A stretch of DNA of 64,000 bases, taken from Amoebophrya sp. A120 (Eukaryota > Protista > Dinoflagellata). Under the pieces are notes generated by a model that worked only from the letters and a program-made list of their open reading frames with translations, did not search any database and had not been told where the DNA came from. The stretch covers positions 3,522,013-3,586,012 of the forward strand of contig CAJINV010000008.1 of assembly GCA_905178155.1 (NCBI GenBank). The letters run 5' to 3'. Position numbers and translations under genes: made by a program. This document shows, one piece after another, positions 50,901 to 61,597 of this stretch. Positions within the stretch are counted from its first letter, which is position 1. Each line of letters begins with the position of its first letter.

Positions 50901-53900
50901 ATTCAAATTTTGGGAGGTGGCGGCAGTACTGACGCGCGGGGTCCGAAGGCAGGCGCTGTGATGGCAAAACGCGAAGAAACCTCGCTGAGTGAAGATTCCC
51001 TGTCCGAGAATTCTGAGGATGACTTGGAGGCGCTGAAGCTGAAAGAGCGAATCCGAAAACTGAAAGCGAAGATGAAGGAGAAGCAGGAGCGTCGTCGGCG
51101 GCGCGATGCGGAGCCGGGTCGTTTGGAGCTCCCGACCACAAGCAGCGGGCACGGTCTTGGAGTCTCTGGCGCCGTCGGGATAGAGGACGGCGAGATGCAG
51201 GACGTCGAGATGCAGGACGTCGAGATGGAGGATGTCGAGATGGAGACGGGGGACGACCCCGACGTCGAGACCCTCGACCAAAAGCCTCCCCCGACCACAT
51301 CTACGTCGCTGAGTGCCGGAGCGAAATTTGCGCAAGCCGCCAGAGCGAAGCTGACGCACAGGGACGTGCTGGGGATCCGGGTAAAGGTTGAGCTGGTGGA
51401 AGTTCTTCCGGAGAAACCGGCGGACGAGGGCAGTGCCGCAGCTGCAGCCAGTAGAACAAGCGTTGCAAACACGACGGGAACTGGTGCAGACGCTGCCACT
51501 GCAGAAGCGACGAAGATGACGCCGGAGCTAATAACTTTGAAGCCAGTGCAACTATCCGGAACGAAGAAAAAGCCCTCCTCCCCATATCGAAGTCGCAATA
51601 TGTGATCCAGATTTCCACAAATCAGCTTTACCATACTAGAATGAAGGGAGCAGATGCATTCCTCAAAACCACACTTGTGCCGTAGCGCGTACGTCGCGCC
51701 TTGTCCGCATCTAAAGCCGCGGCTTGCGCGCCTTGTCCGCGTCTAAAACTGCGGCTTGCGCTCGGCTCTATATGTTTGTAAAGCGGCCGAATCCTGTTTC
51801 TTGTTTCTCTTTCGCCTAGTCCTCTGCTGACCTTATCTTGATCACCTCGCGCCAGATACCATCACAGTAGGCAGCACACCAAACGCCGCCGCTCTGGTCC
51901 ATTTTTCTGGAACTTTGTAAGTCTAACCGGCGCGCCTTGTCCCCATGCTATGGTGGACAATTCGCGCCAAGTAACGTAGAAAGCAGTAGGAATGTGGCTG
52001 CAAAAGTCTGGAACCTGAAGAACCCTTGCTCCAAGTCTTCAAAAGTAGTGCTGCGACTTTCAAGCTTAGGCCTCGCCTTGTCCCCCTCTGTTTCTGGTCT
52101 CGGGCTCCTCTTCACAGGGATACGGACCAGGGCCAGGCTTTCCGTTGTCGGCAAGGCGGGAACGTCGTGTCTCGTCGCGGAACGGTGCCGCTACCGGCCG
52201 GCGACGTCCACTGTTCGTCTCTAGACACGGCGGCGTGCTCGACTGGGCTCGCAAAGGTTCTCGCATTATGCTCAAAAAGTTGCGCGCTAGGCCGTTCCGG
52301 AACACAAACGCGGTCGCCGGGCCCGACAGCGTGCTACTATGCTTCTACGGTATACGAAGCAGTGAACTATTGCGGTAGAAGCGCGCTTGTTTGTAGTCCG
52401 AGCGAGGTGCTCGAGCGTCTGAAGCCCTTCTGTAGTCAGACAGCATTCTGTAGTCAGAAACGGCGCTGGTGTTCCTTCGAGCGTCTGACCTATGTGATTG
52501 ATCGGTGTTCTCCGTCGCGCGGAGGAAAGCAGCATCACAAATTTTGGCTTCGTTACGGGAAGGGGGGCGCTTCCTCACAATAGCAACCGAAAATCACATT
52601 CCAGCGCCTTCCTACCGAAGAGGAAAAGGAAGCTGAGGAGGACGAGCGCCCGGCTGTTCTTGCGGCGCCTTCGGCTTTCGAATACTGGCGCGAGCTTTAC
52701 CCGTATCTGAAGATGAAACTTTTCAAGAGCGCGATTCTCGTGCCGTTCAACGACGACGACAAGTTTGACTTTCAGGAGGGCCGCTCCCTCCGCGCCGCGC
52801 TGGTCGATCTCGGTGTCGACGCGGACGACATTCTGCTAACCCTGGGCATCCCCGCGAGATTGTTGCAGAAACCGGTGCAGTGGGTGGACAAGGAGAAGTT
52901 CGAAAAACATCTGCTGCAAATTGCGCCGAGGCCTCCCCTTGGGGAGAACCCAAACCACGACGGATCTCTGCAGGCGGAGGCTGAGTTGAATCGGGACGAA
53001 GACGAGGTCATTTGCGATTCCGCAAGCGAGAGCGCCAGTGCCAGTGAGGGGGAGGAAGATGACAACTGCTCGCCATTCCACTCCGTTCAGTTTCTCCGGG
53101 ACTTCGGGTTAAATTGTGCGGTCGTCGTCTCTATTCATTGCAAAAGTGTCTGGGTCTGGAAGAATGTGGGATCTGTGTTTGTCATGCTAGTCGGGCATGA
53201 CGCTGGGCTTTGCATTGCGTGGCCAGCAAGAGCTCCTCTTGTCATCGTCTGTCATCTTGTTATGCGGAATACGCAACACGGAGCCAAGGATAAATCTGTC
53301 ATGCCTGGCGATGCGTTACAGTGTGCTTTATTTAGATTTTCACTGAAATGCATCACAAATTTCCAGACCCAAACACCTTTGCAATTGATAGCCTCCAAGG
53401 TCGAACGGGACCCGCGCACCAATGAGGTGATCAGGCTTAAGGCGAAGGCTTGCAGTTGTCCCAGATCTTTGCATATCTGGTTGGACTGCAAGCACACATT
53501 TTATACCGACACCTGGACGGCGGAAAAAGACCCGAAGGGCAAGCGCGGCCGCAGGAAGGGGACGACCGACGCGCAGAAGGGCGCGGAGACCTTCCTGGAG
53601 GGTGTTGCGGTTGCGCGCGCCAAGGAGAAGGACAAGAAAAAGGCAGAGGAGGAAGCCGCCGCGGCGGCAGCAGAGGCGAAGGAAAGGAAGCCGCTGAGAA
53701 GAAAGGCAATGGGGTGGAAGGAGATGAACCTGCAGAAGTACGCTCTCCAGTGCCCCGACCCCCCGACGCCCTGGACGGCCCTCGCGCGGCCAATCTTCAA
53801 ACGCTGGCTCGATGCGGGTTTTTCGTTGCGGCTCTTTCAGGTACATGCTGTTTTGCTTTTTCAGTTGGGGTAACATGAATCTCGAGCAGCAGCCTCATCG

Positions 53901-56900
53901 CGACTATATAATTTCCAACGCGAACAAAGTGACTCGCGCAGAGCGCCATTCTCTTTTCTTCAATGAAAACGCCCTGTGTTTTCTATCAGTCTCACCACGC
54001 TGAACATGCAGCGCAAATACCAAATAAACAGGTTTCCCAGGCCGGGATCGGCTTGAGAATGTTCACCAAGGCGACGCAGTTTGGAAGCTACGCCGAGGCC
54101 ACGGAAGTCCAGGCGGTTGCCAAAGGTCTGCTGAAGCAGAAGAAGGAAGGCTTGTTGGAGGAAGAGGATGCGACGCAGGGCGCCGACTTTGCCGATGTTG
54201 TCAGGGCCGTCGTGGACACGTTGAACAGACCCAGCGCGCACGACGTCATCTCCCACCTGCTTGCGGAGGGCGAATCAAGGAGCAAGACTTATTATGGCCA
54301 CTACAAAGGCTGCACGGGCCCGAAGTTGCGCGACGTCCTTGGGCAGGCCGTCAACTGCTTGGTCGCCATCAATGTTCTCGCCGTCCAGCACCTGAAATTT
54401 ACGGACAGTCGCCAGCGGCGCGTGGAATATGATGCCCTTTTTGTCCCCCTCCGGGAAGCAGCAGCGTCTTCGTCGAAGCCAGCCGGCAGGGGACAAGGCA
54501 AAGCGCCAGCTGCGCAACCGCCGCCGCCAGCTGCGCAACCGCCGCCGCCAGCAGCTTCCTCGAGCCGCAACAGCCCGAACATCTCCACGGACACCGGTGC
54601 CAAGAGTAAAAATGCCGGCGCGGTGATATCCTATGGAAAAGCGCACCCATTACAGAGCGTGTGCCTACACCCGTGCTGTCATGGTCTAGGGAAGAAGTAG
54701 GCGCATCTTTGTCATGTGTGTGGGCTCCTGAGTCGAGACATTGTTCTCCTTGCAGTGGGTGATCTTCTTCAGAGCGGGAATCTGTTTGCATGAAGATTTC
54801 ATTTGCAATGGCATCCCTAGCCCCCAAAAAGAGATCGCAATCTGTAGAGTGGGCGCTTTCTCTTAGAGGATACCGAAGCAGCAGCTCCTCCGTTGTCCCC
54901 GCCCAGGCGAAAAAGGCTCCGGTCGTAAGTGGTTCCAGGGGTGCTGTGTTTCCAACGAGTTCAATAGGTCCGTTCCCGGCGGCCGGCTCCAGTGCCGGTG
55001 CGTGTAGTACTATCGTAGTGCTTTTAGATTGCTTTCCAGTAGCTGTCTGCTGTAGCATCAAAGAGTTTTTCCATCGTCCACACTCTAGCGGCACAATTTT
55101 CCTGGCTCGCGCGAATTTATTGCGTGTGATAGTTTGCTATGCCGTTTGCAATACAAATCCATGTGTCTGGTGTCGGAAATTAGCAAGCCTTTTCATGCTG
55201 GTCTGTATTGCGAGGCCCCGAAGAAGTCCTCCTGCTTGTCATGACAAAACGCCGCTTCTCATGCGGAGCACACATGCAGCACAGAGTGGGGCTCGCTCGC
55301 ATCATACAGCACAACTTTCCAGACCCAGCAGACGCATTTGCACGCAATTTGCACTGAGCATACATCTCAACACAATAAACAGGACAAGGCAGTAAAAGCG
55401 AGGCTGGCAAGGTCAAGTCCATTCCTAGTTCTTTCGCCAGCGGCAACATCAAGGACAGCAAGACCGCCGCTGCAAACTTCGCGGCCCCATCGGTTTCAGC
55501 GCGCCCCGGCAAAGAGGTCAACAGGACAGGCGCTGCAAGCTCCACAGCCCCATCGGTGTCAGCGCGCCCCAGCAAAGAGGGGAACAAGACCGCGGCGGCA
55601 ACCCTCGGAGCTCCATCGGTGACGGCGTCGGCGCCCGACGGCGAGTAGGCGTCGGGGAGGCTTTTGATTTTGAAGTTGACGGGAGATGTAGACAGAGCGT
55701 GCTCGTTGCGAGTCTTTACTGTGTCCTTTTTCACATTCTACCTACTTACTAACTTGGGCCATCTACGTTCATCTCGATTCATCTGCTTGTGCTCTTTATT
55801 CGTGCCTACCGCTTTCATACTCATTTACTGACTCATACTTGAGTAAGCCACTCACTCGTTATCAATCTGCTCCTCTACCACCACAGCTTCTTTTTGTAGA
55901 CGGAGTCACACTCTTCAGAGCACTTTTTTGAAGACGAATGAAAGCAGACGCAAAGGCAAAACGCCCCGCGCGACTTAGATACAGCGACGCTATATTATTT
56001 CGTCTATGTGCCCCGTGCTTGAGTTTGAATTTTGTTGCGCTCGGGATTCTATCTCTATCCGGTTGAGGAACGAGTGCGGCGGTGTAGCTGATTCCTGTGG
56101 GGTTCTTGTTGAGGGATGGCCGACGTGCTGCACGATTGCAGTTTGCAAGGAGTACCTGCGCACCGTGAGCGGTTTGCAAGTTAAGGCGGCGCGCTTGAGA
56201 GGTGTTATAGTCGCAGTTGAGTGCCCTCTCTCTTTGGAAGGCGCCCGAGGAGGACGAAAACTTGAGAGGGGGAGACTTCTCCAGAGGGTTGCCTCCCGAC
56301 GTTCCGGCTGCGTCGAGTAGTTCAGGCGACTGCTCTGTGTCGCAACTTGGAGTCGAGCGGCCGTGCCCGCACGTGAGCAGAGCTTGCGAAAAAATGAGGC
56401 GGCAGGCTATGCCATTCTGTGCAAAAACGTCCCCGCCTCGTAGTCAAGGTGGCAAATCTGCAATACAAATCCAGGCTCTGCTGGGAGATACGCATGACAA
56501 ATTTGCATCTGCAGTGTCGTGTGGGTTAGCAAGGAGGGGGAGAGCCGCATCACCGCGGCGCCTACGCATCCTATTCATGGCATTTATTACAAACCCCCGA
56601 ACCAACACGACTGCAAGGTCTTTTCGTGCGAAGGTTCTTCTGCAGTTTTTTCTGTTGATGCAAATCAGCATATGGGGCGGGGACGTTGTTATCCAGGATA
56701 TGTGTGCTGGTTCGCTCGGGACTCAAGCAAAGCAGCAGGCCGGTTTTCTGACAGTTTGCCGAGAGAGACGGGTGAGAATCTCGCGTGGGGGTCTGGCCGC
56801 GCATGATTGGGTACGTACGCATGAGACGAGCCGACGACGCCGTGGTGGAGGCCCAGCAACAGCAACCTGGCGCAAGAATGGGGCGCAACGGTGGTGCGAG

Positions 56901-59900
56901 GCGCAAAGACGTTGCTGTGTAGATTCTGCGCCAATCATTCTATTGCGATTCGGAACCATCTTCCAAAAAATACAAATCTCAGGTAGTCCCCCGCGGAGTC
57001 GATAGATTGTCGCTGCGAAGCCTGACGCGCTTACGGAAGCAGACTGCCGGTGGCGGAGTGGCACTGGGTCGCAGGGTCATAGAAGATGGCATCCAGGTTC
57101 GACCAGTTCGTGGATAACTAACAGCACGACAGAACTTTCGCTCTGCCCACGGAAAGATCAGCAGCGGCGACACGACCGAGCACGACAACAAACTACGACC
57201 AGGCCAGATCACGGATTCGATGCTGCAACGAAACTAGCCTGATTCCACTAGTCTGATTCCATCCGTAAACCTGATTCCGATACGCGGATTCGATACCTTA
57301 GCCTGATTCCGTTAGTCTGATTCCATAGATAAGTCTGATCCCGTAAATGCTTTAGTCTGATACCATCGACGACCGTTTCTGAACGCGCAGGACAAAGAGC
57401 TCCCGAACAAGCAGGTGGAGGCCATTTTTAGCAGCCGGAACGAGGCTCTCATGCTGTTTGCTCTACGGAACTGGAATGGGTTGCCCCGGACCCGTATCAA
57501 ATGCAAAAGTGTCTGGGTCTGGGAGGTTGGAGCTTGTGACGCTAACTTTGGACTCTAAAAAAATCTGTATTGCATGATCAGCAAGAGGAGTCTAGTTTGT
57601 GCTACGCGGGGAGGGCATTTGTCATGCGGAATAGGCATCCGGAAGCCATTGAAAAATCAGTGATGCTAGGTCATGCATTACAGACATCCTGGGTCATGCA
57701 AAATATGCATGACACTTCCGGCAACATTCCAGACCCAGACATTTTTGCATTTGATAACCCGCTACGACCTCCTGCAACTCGCGGACATGCAGAGCGATCC
57801 GCTCCTTGCCGCCTTGCGCGATCTATCAAATGCAAAAATGTCTGGGTCTGGAAAGTTGGAACTTGTGATGCTAACTTTGGACTCTAAAAAAATCTGCATG
57901 ACCAGCAAGAGGAGCCACATTTGTGCTACGCGAGGAGGGCATTTGTCATGCGGAAACGGCATCAGGAAGCTTTCCAAAAATCTGCGATGCTGGGTCATGC
58001 ATTACAAGCATCATGGGTCATGCCAGACAAGCATGACAAGCCTTCCATTCTTCAAGACCCACACATTTTTACATTTGATACGATCCGCTCCACGAAGATA
58101 TTAAACCCTCCGCTTTTCACGGAATCGTCGGAGAGGACTCCATACTCAAGAAGAACAGCTGGTTATTGACGACTCCGGCCGACGTGCAAGCCGTCGCGCC
58201 TCGGAGCTGCCCGCCGGCGGTGGGCGAGCACCTGGGAAAACCGGCGCTGGTCCGCCTGGGTAGTGCCGTCGATCAGGCCCGGCTCCTGCGGTACGTGCAG
58301 AAGTTCGCCAACGCAGGAGTAGACCTCCACCTCTCGAAGAAGGTGAAACCGTTCGAACCGCTGATCGTGGAAGATTTTCTGGAGCTGCTTACCAGCGTCA
58401 CGTTGTATGCATTGCAAATATGTCTGGGTCTGGAAACTTGTAATGCTAAGTGACGTAGCATGAGGAGCCCACAATAAATGATTGCCTAGCATGACAAGCT
58501 TCTGAGCTTCTAAGTGTTGCCTATTCGGCATGACAAACTCCGACTTCGCATCACAGAAAAAAAGGGTTTTTGGGTACCGTGCATGACAGACTTGAAAGTC
58601 CTGCTAGCCTAGCATGACAAACCTTGCTTTTTTCCAGACCCAGACATTTTTGCATTTGATATCACGGACGGAAACGGGAAAACCAATCTGGTGAAACACG
58701 AACCATTCCTGCTCAACCTGCTCGACCACTACCGGGTCAAACTGCCCGTGCACGTCTCCACAAAGGTGTTGGAGCAGTTCTACGAGACCGAGAAAGCCTA
58801 TGGAACTGTCAGGATCGAAATCAAGAGAGTCGAAATAAGTAATTTGTGATGCATAAAAGCGAGGATACCAGTTGGACCCTCAGACTCAGTTTGTTTCCAG
58901 GTGGCGCGTGACGAATTTCGGGAGCACCAAGATCCAGTCTGTCGCGCTGTTTGCGCAAAGAAGACGGCTCCTGTCATGAAAACTCTGGCAGTCCATCGTC
59001 TTCCCCTAAACAGGCTTGCGATTGGTCTCATTTGCCTGCTCCCCAACACTGGCCTTACGTGCCCTACATTTTATGCATACACAACTAACTAAACTTTTGG
59101 ATTTTGTCGATTTTGATCCTGGCACTCCCATAAGGTTGACGCAGAGGCGGCTGCGCTCACCCTGCCTGCGGACGGTCCAGCACTTGACCAGGAGGCGGCC
59201 GGGGCTCGGAACCGGGTTATGGCGTTCTCAACTGTTACATTCTCAACTGTTACACGGATGCGTGATGCAAGAATGGCAAAAGTGAAAGGGGTCACCTTGC
59301 GGGTCTTGCATGACAGATCTGGCAAAGATTCCGAGCCTGTTTGGCTCTTCGAGAATTTGTCATGCGAAGCAGCTTGATCGTGTCGATTCTGATTGTGATT
59401 TTGCATTTACAAATCATGTAACAGTTGAGAATGTTAATGTAACAGTTGAGAACGCCATACGGGTGCTGGCCAGGTTTCTGTCTCTGCCGCGGCGCGATTT
59501 GACGACCCACAGTATCCTGAGTAAAAACGTACCCACACCATAGTCAAGATGGGGAATCGGCTAGACAAATCCACAAGTTTTGGCTGTTTTGCATGACAAA
59601 TTTGGATTCGTAGTGTAGTGCTGTTTGAGCTAGCTAAGCAGCATCACAGATCTAGCATACCATGGTGATTGGAGCATGACAAATTACAAAACACGACTAG
59701 AAAATGCTTCTCATGGGGCTCCGCATGAGAAACATTTTCAGCATGCAGATTTGCATTACAACTCTGGTGTGGGTACGTTTTTACTGAGGATACACACCGT
59801 GAAAAAGTTGTTGGAGGAAGCGGAACTGGAAATTGTCGAAGGTTGCATCGTATCAACTGTAAAAATGTCTGGGTCTGGAAGAATGCACGTTTGTCATGCT

Positions 59901-61597
59901 AAGTCTGAAGCATGCAAAAATCTGTGTTGCATGATTACCAAAAGTCGTCCAGTTTTGACCAAGTCGGGAGGGAGTTTCTCATGCAGGATAAGCATGAGAG
60001 AGATCGCGCAGAATCTGTAATGCTAGGCTCTGCATTCCAGACCTCATGGGTCATGGAAAAGCTGCATGACAAATCGCGCACTCTTCCAGACCCAGACATT
60101 TTTACAGTTGATACATCGCTATCAACTCGAATGGTACGACAACTGCTACAGAGTACGACACTGCAGCTACTTCCGCTGCTGCTGCAGCGCAGGCGGGAGA
60201 AGTGGAACAAGTGGTAAAGGGGACCACGGACAAGAACAACTCCACGGCAACTTTTAGTACAACAACTCGCCGCAAGACGAGCAGCTGCAGCAGCCCCCGC
60301 ACCGTGGCCAGTCTGTCGATCGCAAAAAACCCGTTCAAGCTCCGCATTCTGCGGGGTCTGTATACGCAGCCCGGCGCTTGGAACATCGAGCGCGACGTGA
60401 CGATGAGGATCTGGAAACATGCCGGCATCGACGTGGACACGCCGCAGAGCCAGCTGGCGCTGGCAGCACTGAAACTGTTCGATGCCACCACCCAGATGCA
60501 CCCCGACCACATCGACGCCATCCTCTCGACCAAGAACACCGACCTGATGTACCACCTGCTGGACACGTGGGACTTCCCCATTTCGCACGACCAGTTCGAC
60601 GAGCTGCTGAACTTCGATTGGTGCTTCGGCCTTCAGCCGTGCACAAAGCTGACATCATCTGCGTGCACAAAGTTGACATCATCTGCGATGTCGGCTTCGT
60701 CCTCTGCCGTTGCAGTTTTCAGCCTGGATGCTGTCCCGGTGGGAGTTCTTCCCTCCCCGGTCGTGGGGAGTTGTACATCAGCACGGGCCGCCGGGGTAGC
60801 AGCTGCACTCGTCACAGGCGAAGAGCAGGGGCGGGGCAACAACGACGGCAGTACCAATAGTATGCCCACCGCGACGACGAGGAGCACCGGTGCGGCTGAA
60901 GAAGCGTGTTGCGGAACTACAACTTCGCCCCCCACTTACTACTACACCAACCGGGCAGGTGGCATCAAGGTGATTGCCAAACTGCTCACCAAGTGGCAAC
61001 CCAACCTGACGGCGGAGCAGGCCGCGGGCCTGCGTCGCAGGTACGCGGATTCTCCGGTGTCCGACTTATCAAATGTAAAAGTGTCTGGGTCTGGAAGATT
61101 CTAGACTTGTAATGCTGTCTCTGGATTCCAGAAAAATTTGTATTGCATGACCAGCAAAAGGCCTCCAGTTTGTGCTACGTGGAGAGGGCATTTCTCATGC
61201 GGTAGAGGCATCACAAAGTCTTCTAAAAATCTGTGATGCTAGGGCATGCATCACAGACATCATGGGTAATTCAAAAGATGCATGACAAACCTGGCAATCT
61301 TCCAGATGACCCAGACATTTTTGCATTTGATACGACTGGGTGACCAGCAAGTACGGTGGTGGTGGACTTTCCGCCAATGAGGTGATGTTACTGGAAGAAA
61401 CTACCCAGGGCGGCCCAGAAGTAGACGGGCTGCAAAATGCATCCCGGCAACACCAGCAGCCGCAAGTAGAACCTCAGCCGCTCGGTGAAACGGAAAGTAA
61501 AAATCAGGGTGACGGAGGACAAGTCGACAATGAAGCTGCTGCTGCCGATATTGCGAGAAAAAAATCCCTCATCCCCTATTCAGCACAGGATTTTTGA
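41958..61597 (+). CDS. Unknown ~1046-aa protein with N-terminal hydrophobic segment; host of the 14.3-kb MULE and 8 introners
   Basis: Exon 1 41958-43094 (..LLKRFLK) resumes at 57391 (DKELPNKQ..). A stop-free frame continues through nine short exons after IE removal to TGA 61595-61597; exon sum 3141 nt is divisible by 3. Confidence 0.7.
43105..43240 (+). repeat. Left subterminal GAATCAGACTA-like tandem motifs
   Basis: Multiple GAATCA(G/A)ACTA units; mirrored at 57234-57362. Confidence 0.85.
44454..45101 (+). pseudogene. Degraded accessory ORF in the MULE with an AT-hook (PKRGRPKK)
   Basis: Coding-like fragments (SQSERRRKRDKVQKEL..., GNTPKRGRPKKNPP) separated by stops and frameshifts. Confidence 0.35.
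45732..46927. repeat. Dispersed hairpin-forming repeats inside the MULE (45732-45858, ~45900-46080, 46834-46927)
   Basis: TTGCTTG..TTCCCCGCAGCGGA..GC..AACTTCG / CGAAGT(T/C)CCGGCTTCCGCTGCG..AAG..A.GCAA arms are inverted within each copy. Confidence 0.6.
46080..46546 (-). pseudogene. Degraded ORF divergent from the transposase
   Basis: FWNFAAPDG...RP*GRQHGSSIVFAFTHDL...ARKPATTASYARNY then frameshift to KGFGKHLMAFC; high GC3 codons; in-frame TAG. Confidence 0.3.
47343..55648 (+). CDS. MULE (Mutator) transposase with SWIM zinc finger, ~1789 aa (exons 47343-48198, 48477-50284, 50559-50592, 50842-51552, 52588-53131, 53396-53840, 54041-54626, 54878-54997, 55383-55648)
   Basis: N-terminal zinc-finger-like VFCRNC...ECKYKL...NNLKH. 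MULE core AGD...LAWVVEEQTATYEVGMQSFL...AAWDGTPTISQAL, RRDLPH in the CxxH position, W...EQTTERAW (third E). SWIM CSCPRSLHIWLDCKH at ~53451-53495. Exon sum 5370 nt with no internal stops. Confidence 0.82.
48199..48471. mobile_element. Introner element, family A (within transposase DDE core)
   Basis: TATGGATTGCAAAAGTGTCTGGGCCTGGAA...TTCCAGACCAAGACATTTTTGCATTTGATA; perfect DR gatac. Confidence 0.9.
50285..50553. mobile_element. Introner element, family A
   Basis: TATCAAATGCAAAAGTGTCTGGGTCTGGAA...TTCCAGACCCAGACATATTTGCAGTGCATA; perfect DR ccgcc. Confidence 0.9.
50593..50836. mobile_element. Introner element, degenerate family A
   Basis: TATC...GTGTTTGGGTCTGGAA / TTCCAGGCTCAGACAC...CCCATA; DR eroded; removal +5 bp restores frame. 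Confidence 0.65.
51553..52582. mobile_element. Long (1030-bp) introner, family D-like
   Basis: TATCC...AAAAAGCCCTCCTCCCCATATC / GGGAAGGGGGGCGCTTCCTCACAATA; perfect DR gcaac; removal joins PVQ to PKITFQ...MKLFK. Confidence 0.75.
53132..53390. mobile_element. Introner element, family A
   Basis: TATTCATTGCAAAAGTGTCTGGGTCTGGAA...TTCCAGACCCAAACACCTTTGCAATTGATA; DR gtctc/gcctc. Confidence 0.88.
54627..54872. mobile_element. Introner element
   Basis: TATCCTATGGAAAAGCGCACCCATTACAGA / TCTGTAGAGTGGGCGCTTTTCTCTTAGAGGATA; DR eroded; frame restored. Confidence 0.7.
57234..57362 (-). repeat. Right subterminal TAG(T/C)CTGATTC tandem motifs
   Basis: Reverse complement of the left GAATCAGACTA array. Confidence 0.85.
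57495..57756. mobile_element. Introner element, family A
   Basis: Family A TIR; perfect DR acccg. Confidence 0.92.
57824..58080. mobile_element. Introner element, family A
   Basis: Family A TIR; perfect DR cgatc. Confidence 0.92.
58406..58661. mobile_element. Introner element, family A
   Basis: Family A TIR; DR tcacg with an extra ttg on the left. Confidence 0.88.
58799..59132. mobile_element. Introner element, family B
   Basis: TATGGAACTGTCAGGATCGAAATC...GATTTTGATCCTGGCACTCCCATA; DR eroded; frame restored. Confidence 0.85.
59218..59459. mobile_element. Introner element, family E (reverse orientation to 19419)
   Basis: TATGGCGTTCTCAACTGTTACATT...AATGTAACAGTTGAGAACGCCATA; perfect DR cgggt. 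Confidence 0.93.
59513..59792. mobile_element. Introner element, family C
   Basis: TATCCTGAGTAAAAACGTACCCACACCA...TGGTGTGGGTACGTTTTTACTGAGGATA; DR cacag/cacac. Confidence 0.92.
59851..60113. mobile_element. Introner element, family A
   Basis: TATCAACTGTAAAAATGTCTGGGTCTGGAAGA perfect TIR; perfect DR catcg. Confidence 0.93.
61067..61332. mobile_element. Introner element, family A
   Basis: Family A TIR; perfect DR cgact. Confidence 0.92.

Larger units (their letters stand above)
43094..57374 (+). mobile_element. 14.3-kb Mutator-like (MULE) DNA transposon
   Basis: 9-bp TSD GTTTCTGAA (43085-43093, 57375-57383). Imperfect TIR GGTAAGAGAGGGAATCAGACTAA vs reverse complement of end GGTCGTCGATGGTATCAGACTAA (17/23). 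Subterminal GAATCAGACTA arrays inverted at both ends; internal MULE transposase gene. Confidence 0.9.

Noticed and set aside
47343-55648. The MULE transposase as mobiliser of the TAT...ATA introners
   Set aside because: Its own element has a 9-bp TSD and GGT...ACC ends, whereas introners have 5-bp DRs and TAT...ATA ends. No shared terminal motif was seen.
57495-61332. Regularly recurring GTCTGGGTCTGGAA repeats resembling a CRISPR array
   Set aside because: They are paired inverted termini of introners separated by exons; the context is eukaryotic and there are no cas genes.
13000-61377. Many small ORFs sharing peptides such as SNAKMSGSGR, QMQKCLGLE, FQTQTFLHLI and LPDPDIFAFD
   Set aside because: These are translations of the family A TIR in different frames, not a protein family.
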